A DNA stretch of 64,000 nt from Candidatus Bathyarchaeia archaeon (GTDB lineage: Archaea > Thermoproteota > Bathyarchaeia > Bathyarchaeales > Bathycorpusculaceae): the NCBI GenBank assembly GCA_050015395.1, contig JBEKBM010000009.1:32978-96977 (forward strand), in the 5' to 3' direction. Numbering within the stretch: the first letter of the stretch is position 1; each line of letters begins with the position of its first letter. Shown here piece after piece: positions 9,747 through 20,587 of the stretch. A program made the position numbers and the translations under genes. The notes beneath the pieces are model-generated. The model saw only the letters and a list, made by a program, of their open reading frames with translations. It was not told the DNA's origin and ran no database searches.

Positions 9747-10748
9747 ATGGCAGATAAAGAAAACTCTATGGCGGACGAGAACAAACCCAGTTTGACCATG
9801 GAAAACCTGAATCAAAAAATCATCATCTCAGTTGATCGGCTGAGCAAACGGTACGGTTCTTTGATGGCTGTGGATGATGTTTCTTTCTCTATTGCTGAGG
9901 GCGAGATTTTCGGCATCATCGGCCCAAACGGCGCAGGCAAAACCACGACGGTTGAATGCATCTCTGGGCTGAGGGCTCCAGAGTCAGGCTCCACGGCAGT
10001 TTACGGGTTAAGCCCACGGCAGAACCGCGATAAACTGCGAAGAATCGTTGGGGTTCAGCTTCAGGAGAGTTCCCTGCCTCCCCGCATCAAGGTTCAGGAG
10101 GCTCTTGACTTGTTTGCGTCTTTCTACCCAGACCCACTTGATCCAAATGAGTTACTGGAGTCGCTTGGAATCAGCGAAAAACGCAACGCTCAATTCAAGA
10201 AACTGTCCGGAGGACAAAAGCAGAGGCTTTCAATCGCGCTGGCACTTGTTGGGAATCCAAAGATTGCCATTTTGGATGAATTAACCACGGGACTTGACCC
10301 TGAAGCCCGACGTGAAACCTGGGGGCTTATCGAGCGTATCAGGGATCGCGGCGTAACAGTGATCCTTGTAACTCACTACATGGATGAAGCCGAAAGACTC
10401 TGCGACCGAGTAGCGTTGATAAATCATGGGAAACTAATTGCTCTCGACACTCCTGCAGCCCTTGCGACCAATGAGGGCGGCGGTGTTCGCATGCAGTTTG
10501 TGCCTTCAGGATCTGTGGATGACAAGGTTCTAGCTGCCTTGCCAGGTGTAACTTCGGTTGAGCGCAGGGGAAGCCGGGTCATTGTTGCTGGCTCAGGCGA
10601 CTTGACTACCCGAGTACTTTATGCGCTACTAAAGATTGGCGTGAATGCGTCGGATGTTCAGGTGAAAAGCGGCAATCTGGAAGACGCCTTCGTCAAACTT
10701 ACAAAGACAGACGATAAAACCATAAAAGTCGAGGCGGGCAAGCAATGA
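9747..10748 (+). CDS. ABC-2 type exporter ATP-binding subunit
   Basis: GPNGAGKTT, LSGGQ, ILDELT; start may be a later Met. Confidence 0.95.
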   Translation: MADKENSMADENKPSLTMENLNQKIIISVDRLSKRYGSLMAVDDVSFSIAEGEIFGIIGPNGAGKTTTVECISGLRAPESGSTAVYGLSPRQNRDKLRRIVGVQLQESSLPPRIKVQEALDLFASFYPDPLDPNELLESLGISEKRNAQFKKLSGGQKQRLSIALALVGNPKIAILDELTTGLDPEARRETWGLIERIRDRGVTVILVTHYMDEAERLCDRVALINHGKLIALDTPAALATNEGGGVRMQFVPSGSVDDKVLAALPGVTSVERRGSRVIVAGSGDLTTRVLYALLKIGVNASDVQVKSGNLEDAFVKLTKTDDKTIKVEAGKQ

Positions 10749-11521
10749 GTACTCAAGATTCTGAAGTCACGATTCAAAGATCCCGCAAGGCTTTCTGGGA
10801 ACTTGTCAAGGTCGAGGGGAAACTCGCGTTGAGAGAGCCAGTCGGCGTAATATTCGGCATAGGGCTTCCAGTATTCTTGCTAATTATATTCGGCAGCATT
10901 CCTGCGTTCAGAAATACTGTTCCGGGCACGTCGTTATCCGCCTTCGAGGTTTACATCCCGATTCTTATGGTAACTATGCTGATATTTATCGGACTATTTG
11001 GTTTGCCCATTCCAATAGTGCGTGACCGTGAGATTGGTTGGCTAAGGCGAATCTCCACCACACCCGTGTCGCCGACCAAGCTGTTGACTGCACAGGTGAC
11101 AATCAATCTTATTTTTGCAGCAGTAGCCTTCGCAATACTTGGCGCTGGAAGTGTCTTAATCTTCGGGGTAAAGGTAGCGTTTGAGATTCCTGGACTCGCT
11201 CTCTCAATAGTGCTGGCAACGATTGCAATGTTTTCTTTAGGGTTACTTATTGCTGCGGTCGCACCGTCCCAGGGGGTTGCTGTAGGTATGGCGCAAGGGC
11301 TTCTATATCCGCTGTTATTCTTCGCGGGAATTTACATTCCCATCCAGTTCCTCCCGGGCTACCTGCAAACAATAGGCAATTTTACTCCAGTTGGAGCAGC
11401 AGTTCAGGCTCTTGATAGTTCCATGCAGGGAACATTTCCTTCTGTTGTACCGCTGCTCGTGATGGCTGCTTATGCGGTTTTCTTTGGCTTTATCGCCATT
11501 CGTTATTTTCGCTGGGAATAA
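10745..11521 (+). CDS. ABC-2 type permease
   Basis: RDREIGWLRRISTTP, C-terminal RYFRWE. Confidence 0.9.
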   Translation: MSTQDSEVTIQRSRKAFWELVKVEGKLALREPVGVIFGIGLPVFLLIIFGSIPAFRNTVPGTSLSAFEVYIPILMVTMLIFIGLFGLPIPIVRDREIGWLRRISTTPVSPTKLLTAQVTINLIFAAVAFAILGAGSVLIFGVKVAFEIPGLALSIVLATIAMFSLGLLIAAVAPSQGVAVGMAQGLLYPLLFFAGIYIPIQFLPGYLQTIGNFTPVGAAVQALDSSMQGTFPSVVPLLVMAAYAVFFGFIAIRYFRWE

Positions 11522-11543
11522 TGTGCATCAAAAAGTGAGGAAA

Positions 11544-11775
11544 GAATTGAGAGCGTTACTACGTCAGGAAGAGTTAGTGAGGTGCATGCTGCAAACGATT
11601 GTTGGTCTTACGCTTACGCCATGATTATTTACATTGCAAGCGAGATAGGCCTGATAACACTCAACGCAGAGAAACTGCTGATCATCTCCAGCGCCATTCC
11701 GGCTGCTGATTTGCTCTATTCTTCTTCAGCGTAGCCACTTTCCGCAGGGAGGAGACACTGACAAAATGGAAGTAA
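11544..11775 (+). pseudogene. Frameshifted 3' fragment of an ABC-2 permease paralogous to 8679-9428
   Basis: Translates to ...IYIASEIGLITLN...TFRREETLTKWK* versus IYIASEIGLFALN...TFQREEILTKWK*. Confidence 0.8.
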
Positions 11776-12126
11776 ATGAGCAACAGGCGTTTTCATACTC
11801 ATTGCCCCTCAACAATCTTCAATTGGGGGTTTTTCAGCGGTTACCTGTAAGGGGATAGAATCTTTTTATTAATAAATTTCTCTAGTAAAAAGTATACCCC
11901 CTCCCCCTAGCCGGGAGCATTTTACACGATTGTTTGAGTGTAAAATAAGGGTTCCCTTTTGATTATTCACTGGTTTCACAGTGAACTGACGTCTTACAAG
12001 AGAAAACAAGATGATTTTACAATGTAAAAGTATAAACTCAGACCAAATGCTATAAGCTTTTATACGTATGTTGATGAGATGTTAAAATAATATAATATAC
12101 ACGCTTCCTGTGAGGATAAAGGCTAA

Positions 12127-15100
12127 ATGCCCTACATAAAAAAAATCGAGATAAAAGGCTTTAAGTCTTTTGGGCCGCAGACCATCAAGGTAACTTTAGA
12201 TAAGGGTTTCACAGCCATAACTGGCCCAAACGGAAGTGGAAAAACCAACATTATGGATGCAGTGCTTTTCTCGCTTGGGGAATTAAGCACAAGAAGGCTC
12301 CGTGCTGAAAACGCAGCTAAACTAATCTTTCGCGGCTCAGAAAAACTAGGGCAAGAAAAAGTCAAAATGGCCAAGGTTGTCATACAATTTGATAATTCCG
12401 ATGGCACAATGCCAGTTGACACGTCCACTGTTACGATTTCACGTGAAGTTTACCAAAATGGGCAAAGCGTTTACCGCTTAAACGGCAGAAGAATGTCACG
12501 AGGGCACATTATAGAAACTCTCTCTATGGCTTCAATAAGCAGCATGAGCCAGAACATTATCCCTCAAGGAACAATAACTAGGTTAACAGAAATTACCCCT
12601 CTTGAACGCCGAAGAATCATCGAAGACCTCGTTGGAATAGCCCAGTACGACGCGGAGAAGGGCGACGCAGAAGAAAAACTGCGAACTGCTGACATTTCAA
12701 TCCGCACAGCCATGGGTAGAATAGATGAGGTACAGAAGCGCGTAGATGATTTGGAACGTGAACGCAATCAACTTTTACGCTATAATTTCATCCAGAGTGA
12801 AACTAAAAAGTTCCAAGCAGTTAAAATCTCAAACGACATAACGCAATTAAACGGTAAAATTAATGAAGCGACTAGCCAAACTGAAAAAGTTAAAGCCAGA
12901 GTTGACAAATTAAAAGGGCAACGCGACTTGCGCAGATCAAAACGGCATGGTATTGAAGGCGAATGGCGAAAACTCAGCGGCGAAAACCTTGAAGAAGGCG
13001 GTTCAGAAGTTCTTAAGGTTCAAATAACCATTGGCGAGCTAAAATCTAAACTAACTGAGTTATCAACAAAAATAAGTTCTGGGCAAGCTAGCTTTGAAAG
13101 CTTAAAGCGCGTAAGAGAAAACAATCTTGCTCAGCAAGAAAGTATAAGAAACGAGATACGAGAAAACCGTTTAAAAATCCGAGTTTTCCGCAGTCAACAT
13201 GAAAAAATCAAGGACCAAATGACTCAAAAAGAGTTGGAACACGATGCGCTGGCAAAAGAAACCGCCCAGCTTTGGGAAGGGCTCGGCGATAACAACCAGC
13301 AAATACGAGCGATGGAAGCCGAAATCGCAAATAATGTTAAACGACTTGCGTATTTACGCTCAGAATACACAAAAGACAAATCGGCACTGAGGCTCTGCAC
13401 TGGGAGAATCAAAAACTTAAACGTGCGAAAAGAAAGATTCCTCACGAGCCTAGTCGAAATCGAAAAGTCCCTATCTGAGCTGGAGCAGGTTCAAAAGGAC
13501 CAGAAAAACCAGTTTAAAAATCTTGAACACACAATCGAACGCAAAAAAATTCAAAAAGAAACCGCTGAAAAAGAAGTCACGGAAGCAGAAAGAATAGCCA
13601 GTTCAGCTAAAGACGCCGTAATTGAATTTGCTACTCAAAGAGACCTTGCCGCAACCATAGCTACTGAAGAAAAAGCTCTAAGAAGCATAGAGGAAATGGG
13701 CATTGTCGGCGCAATAAGTGGAATCCACGGCAGACTACGCAACCTAATAAAAATAGACAAAAACTACAAGAAAGCCATAGAAGCAGCGGCAACAGGTTGG
13801 CTTGATGCTTTAGTTGTAGCCAACATAGACTCAGCCTTCACATGTACCGAAACGCTTAGGCGCATGAAACTGGGCAGAATAAAAATTATTCCACTGCAAG
13901 GCGCAATCAACCTTAAAAACAAGGAAACGCCCAGCCGAGACGGCGTAGTAGGCGCCCTTTCAAGCTTCATGAAATATGAAAGCACCTTTGAGATGGCTGT
14001 TAACTATGTTTTCGGAGACACAGTAGTGGTCTCAAACGATAAAACAGCCTTTGCCCTTTCAAACGAGGGTTACCGCGCGGTTACAGTTAACGGTGACTTG
14101 TATGAGCCGGGTGCTTTTGAAAGCGGCTATTACCGTGCGCCAATAGATTTTTCAACAATTATTCCAAGCGAAAATGCATTAAAAAGTTTAGACGAAGCAG
14201 TAAACGCTCTCCAGACGCACCTCACTCAAAGAGGAACTGACATTACGGGTCTTGAAGAAGAAATTGAGCGAAACAAAATTGAAATTACACGGCTTTCAGA
14301 ATTCATCTCCACTTTAGACAGGGAAATAGTGAGAATTAAACGAGGCGTTAAAAGAACACAATTCAACATTCGGCATACGGAAAAATACGGCGGCAAACTT
14401 GACCGCGAAGCTGCAGCTTACAAAGGCCGCATGAGCATGTACATGAATGAGCGGAATTCTATCCAAAAAGCGCTCCAGAAACTGCATGCAGACATAGCCA
14501 ATTTAAGATTGAAAACTGATGTGGCACACATTCAAGAGCTTGAGGTTCAACGGGAAAAACTTGGGGAAGAAGTAAACACGCTTCGCCAAAACTCAGGCTC
14601 TACTCAAACGGAAATTTCAACCTACCAATCACAATTCGACAGAGTCCTTAGAAACGGCTACAAGAATATCAAGATACAGATAGCTAAGGTTGAGCAACAG
14701 CAAAGAAAAATAGAGAAAGAAGTTGCCGAAGCGCAAGCGGAACGTGAATCAATCAGGAAAGAACTAGATGAGCAAGAGAAAAGCCGTGTGGAACTTTCAA
14801 AGGCTGTTTTTTCTGCACGTGAAGAATCCAAAAAGTTCACTTCACAAATAGATGTTATTGATGCTGAGGTACGGTTGCTTGATTCAGAATATGAACAGGC
14901 AGAAAGGCTTCTGAACCAGCTGCAACTGGGCATGGAAACTAGCCAACTTCGTCTTCAGCAACTTCAAAGCCAACTTCGCCAGTTTGGCTATGAACAACCT
15001 TTAGAAACAAGCCAGAAGCAGGTTGAGGAAGCAGAAACAACCATTCGCATGATGCAGTTTGAACTTGAAAGAATAGGCGCCATAAACCAGCTTGCCCTTT

Positions 15101-15678
15101 CCCATTACTCAGACCAGATTTCACGGTACAGAGAATTATCTGTTCGCTTAAATGAGTTGGAAAGAGAAAAACAAGCCATCGTACAGTTCATGGATGAGAT
15201 TGAAGCTAAAAAACGCAAGGTTTTCATGACCGCTTTCGAAAAAATCAACAGCAGCCTCAAGGTTTACTTTTCCAAACTTACTGGCGGGGGAGAAGCCACG
15301 CTTAAGCTTGAAAATCCTGATGACCCCTTCGCTGGCGGCATAGACATGGTTGTGCAGTTCCCAAATAAACCCTCGATTATTGTGAGCGGGGCAAGCGGCG
15401 GCGAACGTTCAGTTTCAGCAGTCAGCTTCATATTTTCACTAAAAGAGTTTACGCCTGCATCATTCTACATTCTCGATGAAGTGGATGCACACTTAGACGC
15501 TTTCCATACTGCAAAGCTAGCTGAAGTGCTACTTGAGGAAGCTGGAAAAATCCAGTTTATAGTAATCAGCTTGCGGCCTGAAATAGTTAACAAAGCACAG
15601 AAAGTCTACGGAGTCTACGAACTCAACGGAGTCTCCAACGTTGTGACCGCCAAGTTCCCAGCGGAGGCACCGAGCTAA
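12127..15678 (+). CDS. smc: Chromosome segregation protein SMC
   Basis: GFKSF, GPNGSGKTN, coiled coils, hinge, ASGGE signature, ILDEVDAHLD. Confidence 0.97.
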   Translation: MPYIKKIEIKGFKSFGPQTIKVTLDKGFTAITGPNGSGKTNIMDAVLFSLGELSTRRLRAENAAKLIFRGSEKLGQEKVKMAKVVIQFDNSDGTMPVDTSTVTISREVYQNGQSVYRLNGRRMSRGHIIETLSMASISSMSQNIIPQGTITRLTEITPLERRRIIEDLVGIAQYDAEKGDAEEKLRTADISIRTAMGRIDEVQKRVDDLERERNQLLRYNFIQSETKKFQAVKISNDITQLNGKINEATSQTEKVKARVDKLKGQRDLRRSKRHGIEGEWRKLSGENLEEGGSEVLKVQITIGELKSKLTELSTKISSGQASFESLKRVRENNLAQQESIRNEIRENRLKIRVFRSQHEKIKDQMTQKELEHDALAKETAQLWEGLGDNNQQIRAMEAEIANNVKRLAYLRSEYTKDKSALRLCTGRIKNLNVRKERFLTSLVEIEKSLSELEQVQKDQKNQFKNLEHTIERKKIQKETAEKEVTEAERIASSAKDAVIEFATQRDLAATIATEEKALRSIEEMGIVGAISGIHGRLRNLIKIDKNYKKAIEAAATGWLDALVVANIDSAFTCTETLRRMKLGRIKIIPLQGAINLKNKETPSRDGVVGALSSFMKYESTFEMAVNYVFGDTVVVSNDKTAFALSNEGYRAVTVNGDLYEPGAFESGYYRAPIDFSTIIPSENALKSLDEAVNALQTHLTQRGTDITGLEEEIERNKIEITRLSEFISTLDREIVRIKRGVKRTQFNIRHTEKYGGKLDREAAAYKGRMSMYMNERNSIQKALQKLHADIANLRLKTDVAHIQELEVQREKLGEEVNTLRQNSGSTQTEISTYQSQFDRVLRNGYKNIKIQIAKVEQQQRKIEKEVAEAQAERESIRKELDEQEKSRVELSKAVFSAREESKKFTSQIDVIDAEVRLLDSEYEQAERLLNQLQLGMETSQLRLQQLQSQLRQFGYEQPLETSQKQVEEAETTIRMMQFELERIGAINQLALSHYSDQISRYRELSVRLNELEREKQAIVQFMDEIEAKKRKVFMTAFEKINSSLKVYFSKLTGGGEATLKLENPDDPFAGGIDMVVQFPNKPSIIVSGASGGERSVSAVSFIFSLKEFTPASFYILDEVDAHLDAFHTAKLAEVLLEEAGKIQFIVISLRPEIVNKAQKVYGVYELNGVSNVVTAKFPAEAPS

Positions 15679-16383
15679 ATGTCCACAACGCCAATCAGAA
15701 GGCCCTTTTACCTTCGACCGCCGTGGAACATACTGTTTGAATTAAATAAACTTGAGAAGCTTACTCCGTGGAACGTTAACATAGCTTACCTTCTACGGTC
15801 TTTTCTCACTGAAATGGAGAGGACAGACAAAGTTGATTTCCGAGCCTCAGGCGTCGCGTTGGATTCTTCCGCTTTAATTTACTTAATGAAGTCTAAACTG
15901 CTGCTTACCTTGCAAGAGCCGCCTGTGCCGCCTAAAGGTCCGCAGGATTTTGTTCCACCACCCTTGTTCTTGCCGTTGAGGCATGAGTTAACATCAACAA
16001 CCATTCAGCATTTGCTTGAAGTCTTAGACGACGTGTTGAAGGGTGAAAAAATGCTTCATCTTGACCATGTTGTTGAGCAGCATCCTATTCTTCCAGCGGT
16101 TTCAGATTTGATGCCGCAGTTTGACAAGTTTATTACTGAGCTTAAGTTGCAGACTGATAAGTTGTACGCAATTTTATGCGAAAAAGTGAAGGGTGCAGGA
16201 ATAATCGATTTCTCAACCTTATCGAAAGACGCAACTAGAATTGAAGCATTAAGAATGTTTATGTACCTCTTGTTTTTAGCACAGGATGACAAAGTAAGCT
16301 TATGGCAGAATGAAGAAACAGAAGAACTATACATTGCCGTGGGGAAACTCAACGTTGGAAAAGCCGAAGGAACAACCAGTTAA
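15679..16383 (+). CDS. scpA: Kleisin ScpA
   Basis: PWNVNI, LMKSKLL, FMYLLFLAQ...LWQ; directly follows smc. Confidence 0.85.
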   Translation: MSTTPIRRPFYLRPPWNILFELNKLEKLTPWNVNIAYLLRSFLTEMERTDKVDFRASGVALDSSALIYLMKSKLLLTLQEPPVPPKGPQDFVPPPLFLPLRHELTSTTIQHLLEVLDDVLKGEKMLHLDHVVEQHPILPAVSDLMPQFDKFITELKLQTDKLYAILCEKVKGAGIIDFSTLSKDATRIEALRMFMYLLFLAQDDKVSLWQNEETEELYIAVGKLNVGKAEGTTS

Positions 16384-16954
16384 TTCAAACCCTGATGCAG
16401 AGCAAGCGCAGGATGCCGAACGGAAAGCTCATTGCTTAGCACTGCTAGAGGCTGCACTGTACGTGGCTGGTCGCCCATTAGACCTCAACGAGTTATGCCA
16501 AGTTATAGGCAGCCGCTCAAAGAAGAAAGCCCAAAAATACGCTGACACGCTAATACAAGAATATGCTGCAAGGAACACGGCGCTTGAAATTTTAGCGTTA
16601 AAAGATGAACGTTACGTTCTGCAGGTGAAAGCAGACTTCACACCGTTGATTAAGAAACTTGTGAACAGACCTCTGCTAACTTCCGGACCTCTCAAGACGC
16701 TTTCTTACATTGCTTACCGGCAGCCTGTTTCTCAGAAACGCGTGATTGATGTCAGGGGACAACACGCTTACGGTCACGTGAAGCTGCTGAAGGATATGGG
16801 GTTGATTGCGGCTGAAAGAAGCGGGCGTTCAATGATTTTAAAGACTACCGATTATTTTGCGGATTACTTCGGATTAACGCATGATGCGAGCATGATGAAG
16901 AAAGAGTTAAAACGCATCTTCGGCGACGCATTGAAGGACTACGAACAAACTTAA
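16355..16954 (+). CDS. scpB: ScpB
   Basis: LEAALYVAGRPL, LKTLSYIAYRQPV, TTDYFADYFGL; TTG start assumed. Confidence 0.92.
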   Translation: MEKPKEQPVNSNPDAEQAQDAERKAHCLALLEAALYVAGRPLDLNELCQVIGSRSKKKAQKYADTLIQEYAARNTALEILALKDERYVLQVKADFTPLIKKLVNRPLLTSGPLKTLSYIAYRQPVSQKRVIDVRGQHAYGHVKLLKDMGLIAAERSGRSMILKTTDYFADYFGLTHDASMMKKELKRIFGDALKDYEQT

Positions 16955-17029
16955 ACGGATACGTTTATATGGAAATTAACGGTTTTACTGACTACTCGAA
17001 TTAGATATCGAAAAAGGGAAATGTAGATT

Positions 17030-17425
17030 ATGTCTTCGCATAGCAGTTTACGCAAAAGAAAACTCACAGGCGGCAAAAAAAGAGCCTACAGATCAAAGAA
17101 AAAGTATGAGCAAGGCGGATACCCTGCAGAAACAATTCTCGGTGAACCCAGAAGGAAAATTTCCAGAGGCTTAGGCGGCAACACAAAAGTCAAGGTCTTA
17201 AGCGATAAATACGCTTCAGTAACCGATCCTAAAAGCGGCAAAACACAAAAAACCGAAATCACCCGTGTAGTTAGAAACGGCGCTAACGTTGATTATAACC
17301 GAAGAGGCGTAATAACTAAAGGCGCAGAAATAGAAACCACGTTGGGGCTTGCAAAAGTTACCAGTCGCCCAGGCAACGACGGCATAATTAACGCTGTCTT
17401 AATGGCTGCTAAAGAGAAAAGCTAA
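17030..17425 (+). CDS. rps8e: 30S ribosomal protein S8e
   Basis: KRKLTGG, GVITKGA, VTSRPG. Confidence 0.97.
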   Translation: MSSHSSLRKRKLTGGKKRAYRSKKKYEQGGYPAETILGEPRRKISRGLGGNTKVKVLSDKYASVTDPKSGKTQKTEITRVVRNGANVDYNRRGVITKGAEIETTLGLAKVTSRPGNDGIINAVLMAAKEKS

Positions 17426-17428
17426 ACT

Positions 17429-17731
17429 TTACTGCGGTTTTGCAGGCACGCTTTTAATCTTCACTAATTGTTTTGCAATTTTCTGTATTATCTTTTCTTT
17501 TGCTTCTTTCTTTTCAACAAGCAACATTCCTGTCTTAGCCCAAGGCATCTTGGGAAAATGAGCTTCAAGGTTAACTTCGTTTTTGAGACCTAATTTGTCA
17601 ACTGCTTCTTTAAGTTCTGCGATTTTTGGAGATTGGACCGCCAAGTTTTTTGGGACTCGGCGTCCTTTTTTTCTGGTTTTAGAAGCGTCGAAGTAGATTG
17701 GCCAAATTATTGCTTTATCGAGTTTTTTCAT
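17429..17731 (-). CDS. srp19: Signal recognition particle protein SRP19
   Basis: IWPIYFD..KTRKKGRRVP. Confidence 0.95.
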   Translation of the reverse strand: MKKLDKAIIWPIYFDASKTRKKGRRVPKNLAVQSPKIAELKEAVDKLGLKNEVNLEAHFPKMPWAKTGMLLVEKKEAKEKIIQKIAKQLVKIKSVPAKPQ

Positions 17732-17744
17732 GTTTATTCATCTC

Positions 17745-19496
17745 TTATTTGTGAGCGTAATAAGCGATTAGTTTCTGGTTTACTTCGTTTATGCGTGTGA
17801 ATCCGAAGCGTTCAAACTGTATTATAGCGTCTGGCTTTAACTTTTTGCATGCGCTCTCAGCATAACCCTCGGTAACTGAGGCGTCTGGCATGACCACTTG
17901 GCATGGAAACTCTTCGCCTTTCGGTATCCACTGGATAAGCTGGGCTTTGATTTTTCTAACGTCTTCATAGGATTCGCTTGAGAATGTTGCAGTCACTGAG
18001 TTGCCTGTTTTGTTTTCGATTTTGATGTTGAAGAGTTCCATGAGCCTAACTATTTTTTCTGGCTCCGTTGCTTCAGCATCTTTTCTTGAAACCCAAAAAA
18101 TTACCTTTTTCTCTTCATCTTCTGGAGTTACCGTATATTCCCTAAAACCCCGCTCAGGCTTGTCCGGATGCAAAGGAAGTTTGGCATGGAAAGTTTTCGG
18201 CACTTGCAAAACCTTCAGTTCAACAGGCTCGGGCACGAAGAAGTACCTGTTGCTTGCGGCGTCAAGGATTTTGCGGTTGTACGAGTACAGGTTTTCCCAG
18301 CTCAAGGTCACGTCATTTGATTTTGTTCCTACATCGATTATCATTTTCTTGATGGCTTCAGGCGTGATTCCCCGTTTTCTTAATGCGGCGAAAGTGCCTA
18401 GGCGTGGGTCATCAAAGCCAGGGTAGGTGCCTTCTTTTACGCCTTGAATAATCTTTGATTTGCTTAGGAAAGTGCCTGTGATTTTTAGTCTGCCGTAGTG
18501 GATGGCTTCGGGGTATGTCCAGCCTAAATGCTCATACATGTATTTCTGGCGAACCATGTTGGTGTAGTGCTCTTTGCCGCGGATGATGTGCGTCATGCCC
18601 ATTAAATGGTCGTCTAAGCCGGCGGCTAAATTGTAGAGGGGCCAAACGATGTATTTGCTTCCAACCCGTGGATGCGGATACTTCTTTGTATCAATAATTC
18701 TCAGGGCTGGCCAGTCTCTGACCGCTGGGTTGGGATGTTCCAGTTCAGTTTTGACGCGGACTACTGCTTGTCCTTCCGTGTAACCGCCGCTGAGCATGCG
18801 TTTCCAGCGTTCCAAGTTCTCGGCTGCTGACAGGATTCGGCATGGGCAAGCTTGTTTGGCTATGGTTTTTTTTCTGAATTCTTCAGGTGGGCACTCGCAA
18901 ACATACGCGTTGCCATCCCGCATTAGCCGCTCGGTATAGTCGTAGTAAATTGGCAATCGGTCGCTTTGGATGTATTCCTCGTCAACTTTGCAGCCTAGCC
19001 ACTTCAAATCATGCCTAATGCTATCATAAAATATCAGCGACGGCCTTTTCACTTTAGGGTCTGTATCTTCGAAGCGCAAAATGAATTTGCCGTTGTACAT
19101 GCGGGCGTACTCGTGGCTCAGTATAATGGCTCTTGCTGAACCCAAATGCAGAACACAGTCAGGGTTGGGAGAGAACCGTGTCACTATCTGAGAATACTTA
19201 TCCGCGTTAGGTAATGGCGGTAAGCGTTTTTCTTCAGCTTTCTCTTTCTTCTGCGTTTCGGGCCAATTTTCCTCAACAATAGCTTTCTGCTCTGCAATGG
19301 AGAGGCTGTTTACTTCATTTACAATGGTGTTAATTAGGGTTGAGAGCTCTTTTACCTTGGTTCGCAGATCTTGTCTTTCGCCAAGAATTTTGCCTACTAG
19401 GGCGCCTGCTTGAGCTTTGCCGTCATGCGAAACCGCATTAAGCAGTGCAGCTTTGCGAATAAGCTTTTTAAGTTCAGGGTCATTTTCAAGTGTCAA
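17745..19496 (-). CDS. gltX: Glutamate--tRNA ligase
   Basis: TRFSPNP, HLGS, RFEDTDP, LSKS, QFERFGF. Confidence 0.97.
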   Translation of the reverse strand: MTLENDPELKKLIRKAALLNAVSHDGKAQAGALVGKILGERQDLRTKVKELSTLINTIVNEVNSLSIAEQKAIVEENWPETQKKEKAEEKRLPPLPNADKYSQIVTRFSPNPDCVLHLGSARAIILSHEYARMYNGKFILRFEDTDPKVKRPSLIFYDSIRHDLKWLGCKVDEEYIQSDRLPIYYDYTERLMRDGNAYVCECPPEEFRKKTIAKQACPCRILSAAENLERWKRMLSGGYTEGQAVVRVKTELEHPNPAVRDWPALRIIDTKKYPHPRVGSKYIVWPLYNLAAGLDDHLMGMTHIIRGKEHYTNMVRQKYMYEHLGWTYPEAIHYGRLKITGTFLSKSKIIQGVKEGTYPGFDDPRLGTFAALRKRGITPEAIKKMIIDVGTKSNDVTLSWENLYSYNRKILDAASNRYFFVPEPVELKVLQVPKTFHAKLPLHPDKPERGFREYTVTPEDEEKKVIFWVSRKDAEATEPEKIVRLMELFNIKIENKTGNSVTATFSSESYEDVRKIKAQLIQWIPKGEEFPCQVVMPDASVTEGYAESACKKLKPDAIIQFERFGFTRINEVNQKLIAYYAHK

Positions 19497-19516
19497 ACTT
19501 TTTGCGCTCGTTTAGG

Positions 19517-20587
19517 TTACTTGTTTCTTTTAATCAAGAATTCGGCGAACTGTTTTAATTTTTCCTTAGCTTGGGGTGTCGGCAAAAGCTTTTCAGTTTC
19601 ACTCCAGCTTTCTTGGACTATTCGCTCTGCTGTACGCTTAACATGTTCTATGGCATGGTATTTCTGCATCAAAACGATTGCCTCGTCTCTTAAGGCTTGG
19701 TCGGAAGTGTGCATGTTTAGTATTTCAAGTAGCCGCTTCTTGTCAGCGCTATTCGCCTTTTTCAGCGTATAAATAACCATTAAGCTTCTTTTGCCCTCAG
19801 TAATATCTTGCCCAACGCCGCCTTTCTTCTTGGCGAACTCCACGCCAGTTACATCTAAAATGTCATCCTGCATTTGGAAGGCAACTCCTATGCTTTCCGC
19901 GAAACGTCCAAGTTTTTCCACCAGTGGCTTGTTGGCGCCTGCTAGCACAGCCGCTATTTTGGCTGCCATACGGGCGAGAGTGCCTGTTTTGTAAGCGCAC
20001 ATCTGCAAGTAATCCTCTTCGCCTAACTTGTCCGCGTTGGCGATGCCCCTGTGCCATGCAATGTCCATGGCTTGTCCCATGCTGAGGTTAATCATTTCCT
20101 GCACGTAAACCTCGTATATGTCCCGTTGCATTTCAGGTGTAAGCTTTGCTTTTTGCGCCATTAACGGAAGAAGCGGCAGGTAATACATGGCGTTTCCAGC
20201 GTTAACAGCGATGTCGGTTTGGAAGATTTTGTATGTGCATGGTTTGCCTCGACGCAGTTTTGAGGAATCTTCGATGTCGTCGATAACCAGCGTTCCGTTA
20301 TGGATGACTTCGGGGATAATGGAGAAGTCTAAACAGTAATCTGAGTCTTTACCTAACGCTTCGCAAATCAGCAGGAAAAGCGCTGGGCGCCACCTTTTTC
20401 CGCCACGGTCCAGCATGTCCCAGATGGGCTCTGCAACTGCTTTGTTTAAGGGTTCTAAGTTGTAACTGTACATTGGCGGATTAACCTTGAAGAGAACCGA
20501 GTCTTTGCTGAACTTTCGCGGAATGTACTTTTCAATAGCTTTGTCGATTAGGGGTGCTTTTTCTTCAAGAAACCTTTCAATATTCAA
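19517..20587 (-). CDS. idsA: Geranylgeranyl diphosphate synthase
   Basis: GGKRWRP, DDIED..LRRG, GQAMD, FQMQDDILD. Confidence 0.92.
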   Translation of the reverse strand: MNIERFLEEKAPLIDKAIEKYIPRKFSKDSVLFKVNPPMYSYNLEPLNKAVAEPIWDMLDRGGKRWRPALFLLICEALGKDSDYCLDFSIIPEVIHNGTLVIDDIEDSSKLRRGKPCTYKIFQTDIAVNAGNAMYYLPLLPLMAQKAKLTPEMQRDIYEVYVQEMINLSMGQAMDIAWHRGIANADKLGEEDYLQMCAYKTGTLARMAAKIAAVLAGANKPLVEKLGRFAESIGVAFQMQDDILDVTGVEFAKKKGGVGQDITEGKRSLMVIYTLKKANSADKKRLLEILNMHTSDQALRDEAIVLMQKYHAIEHVKRTAERIVQESWSETEKLLPTPQAKEKLKQFAEFLIKRNK

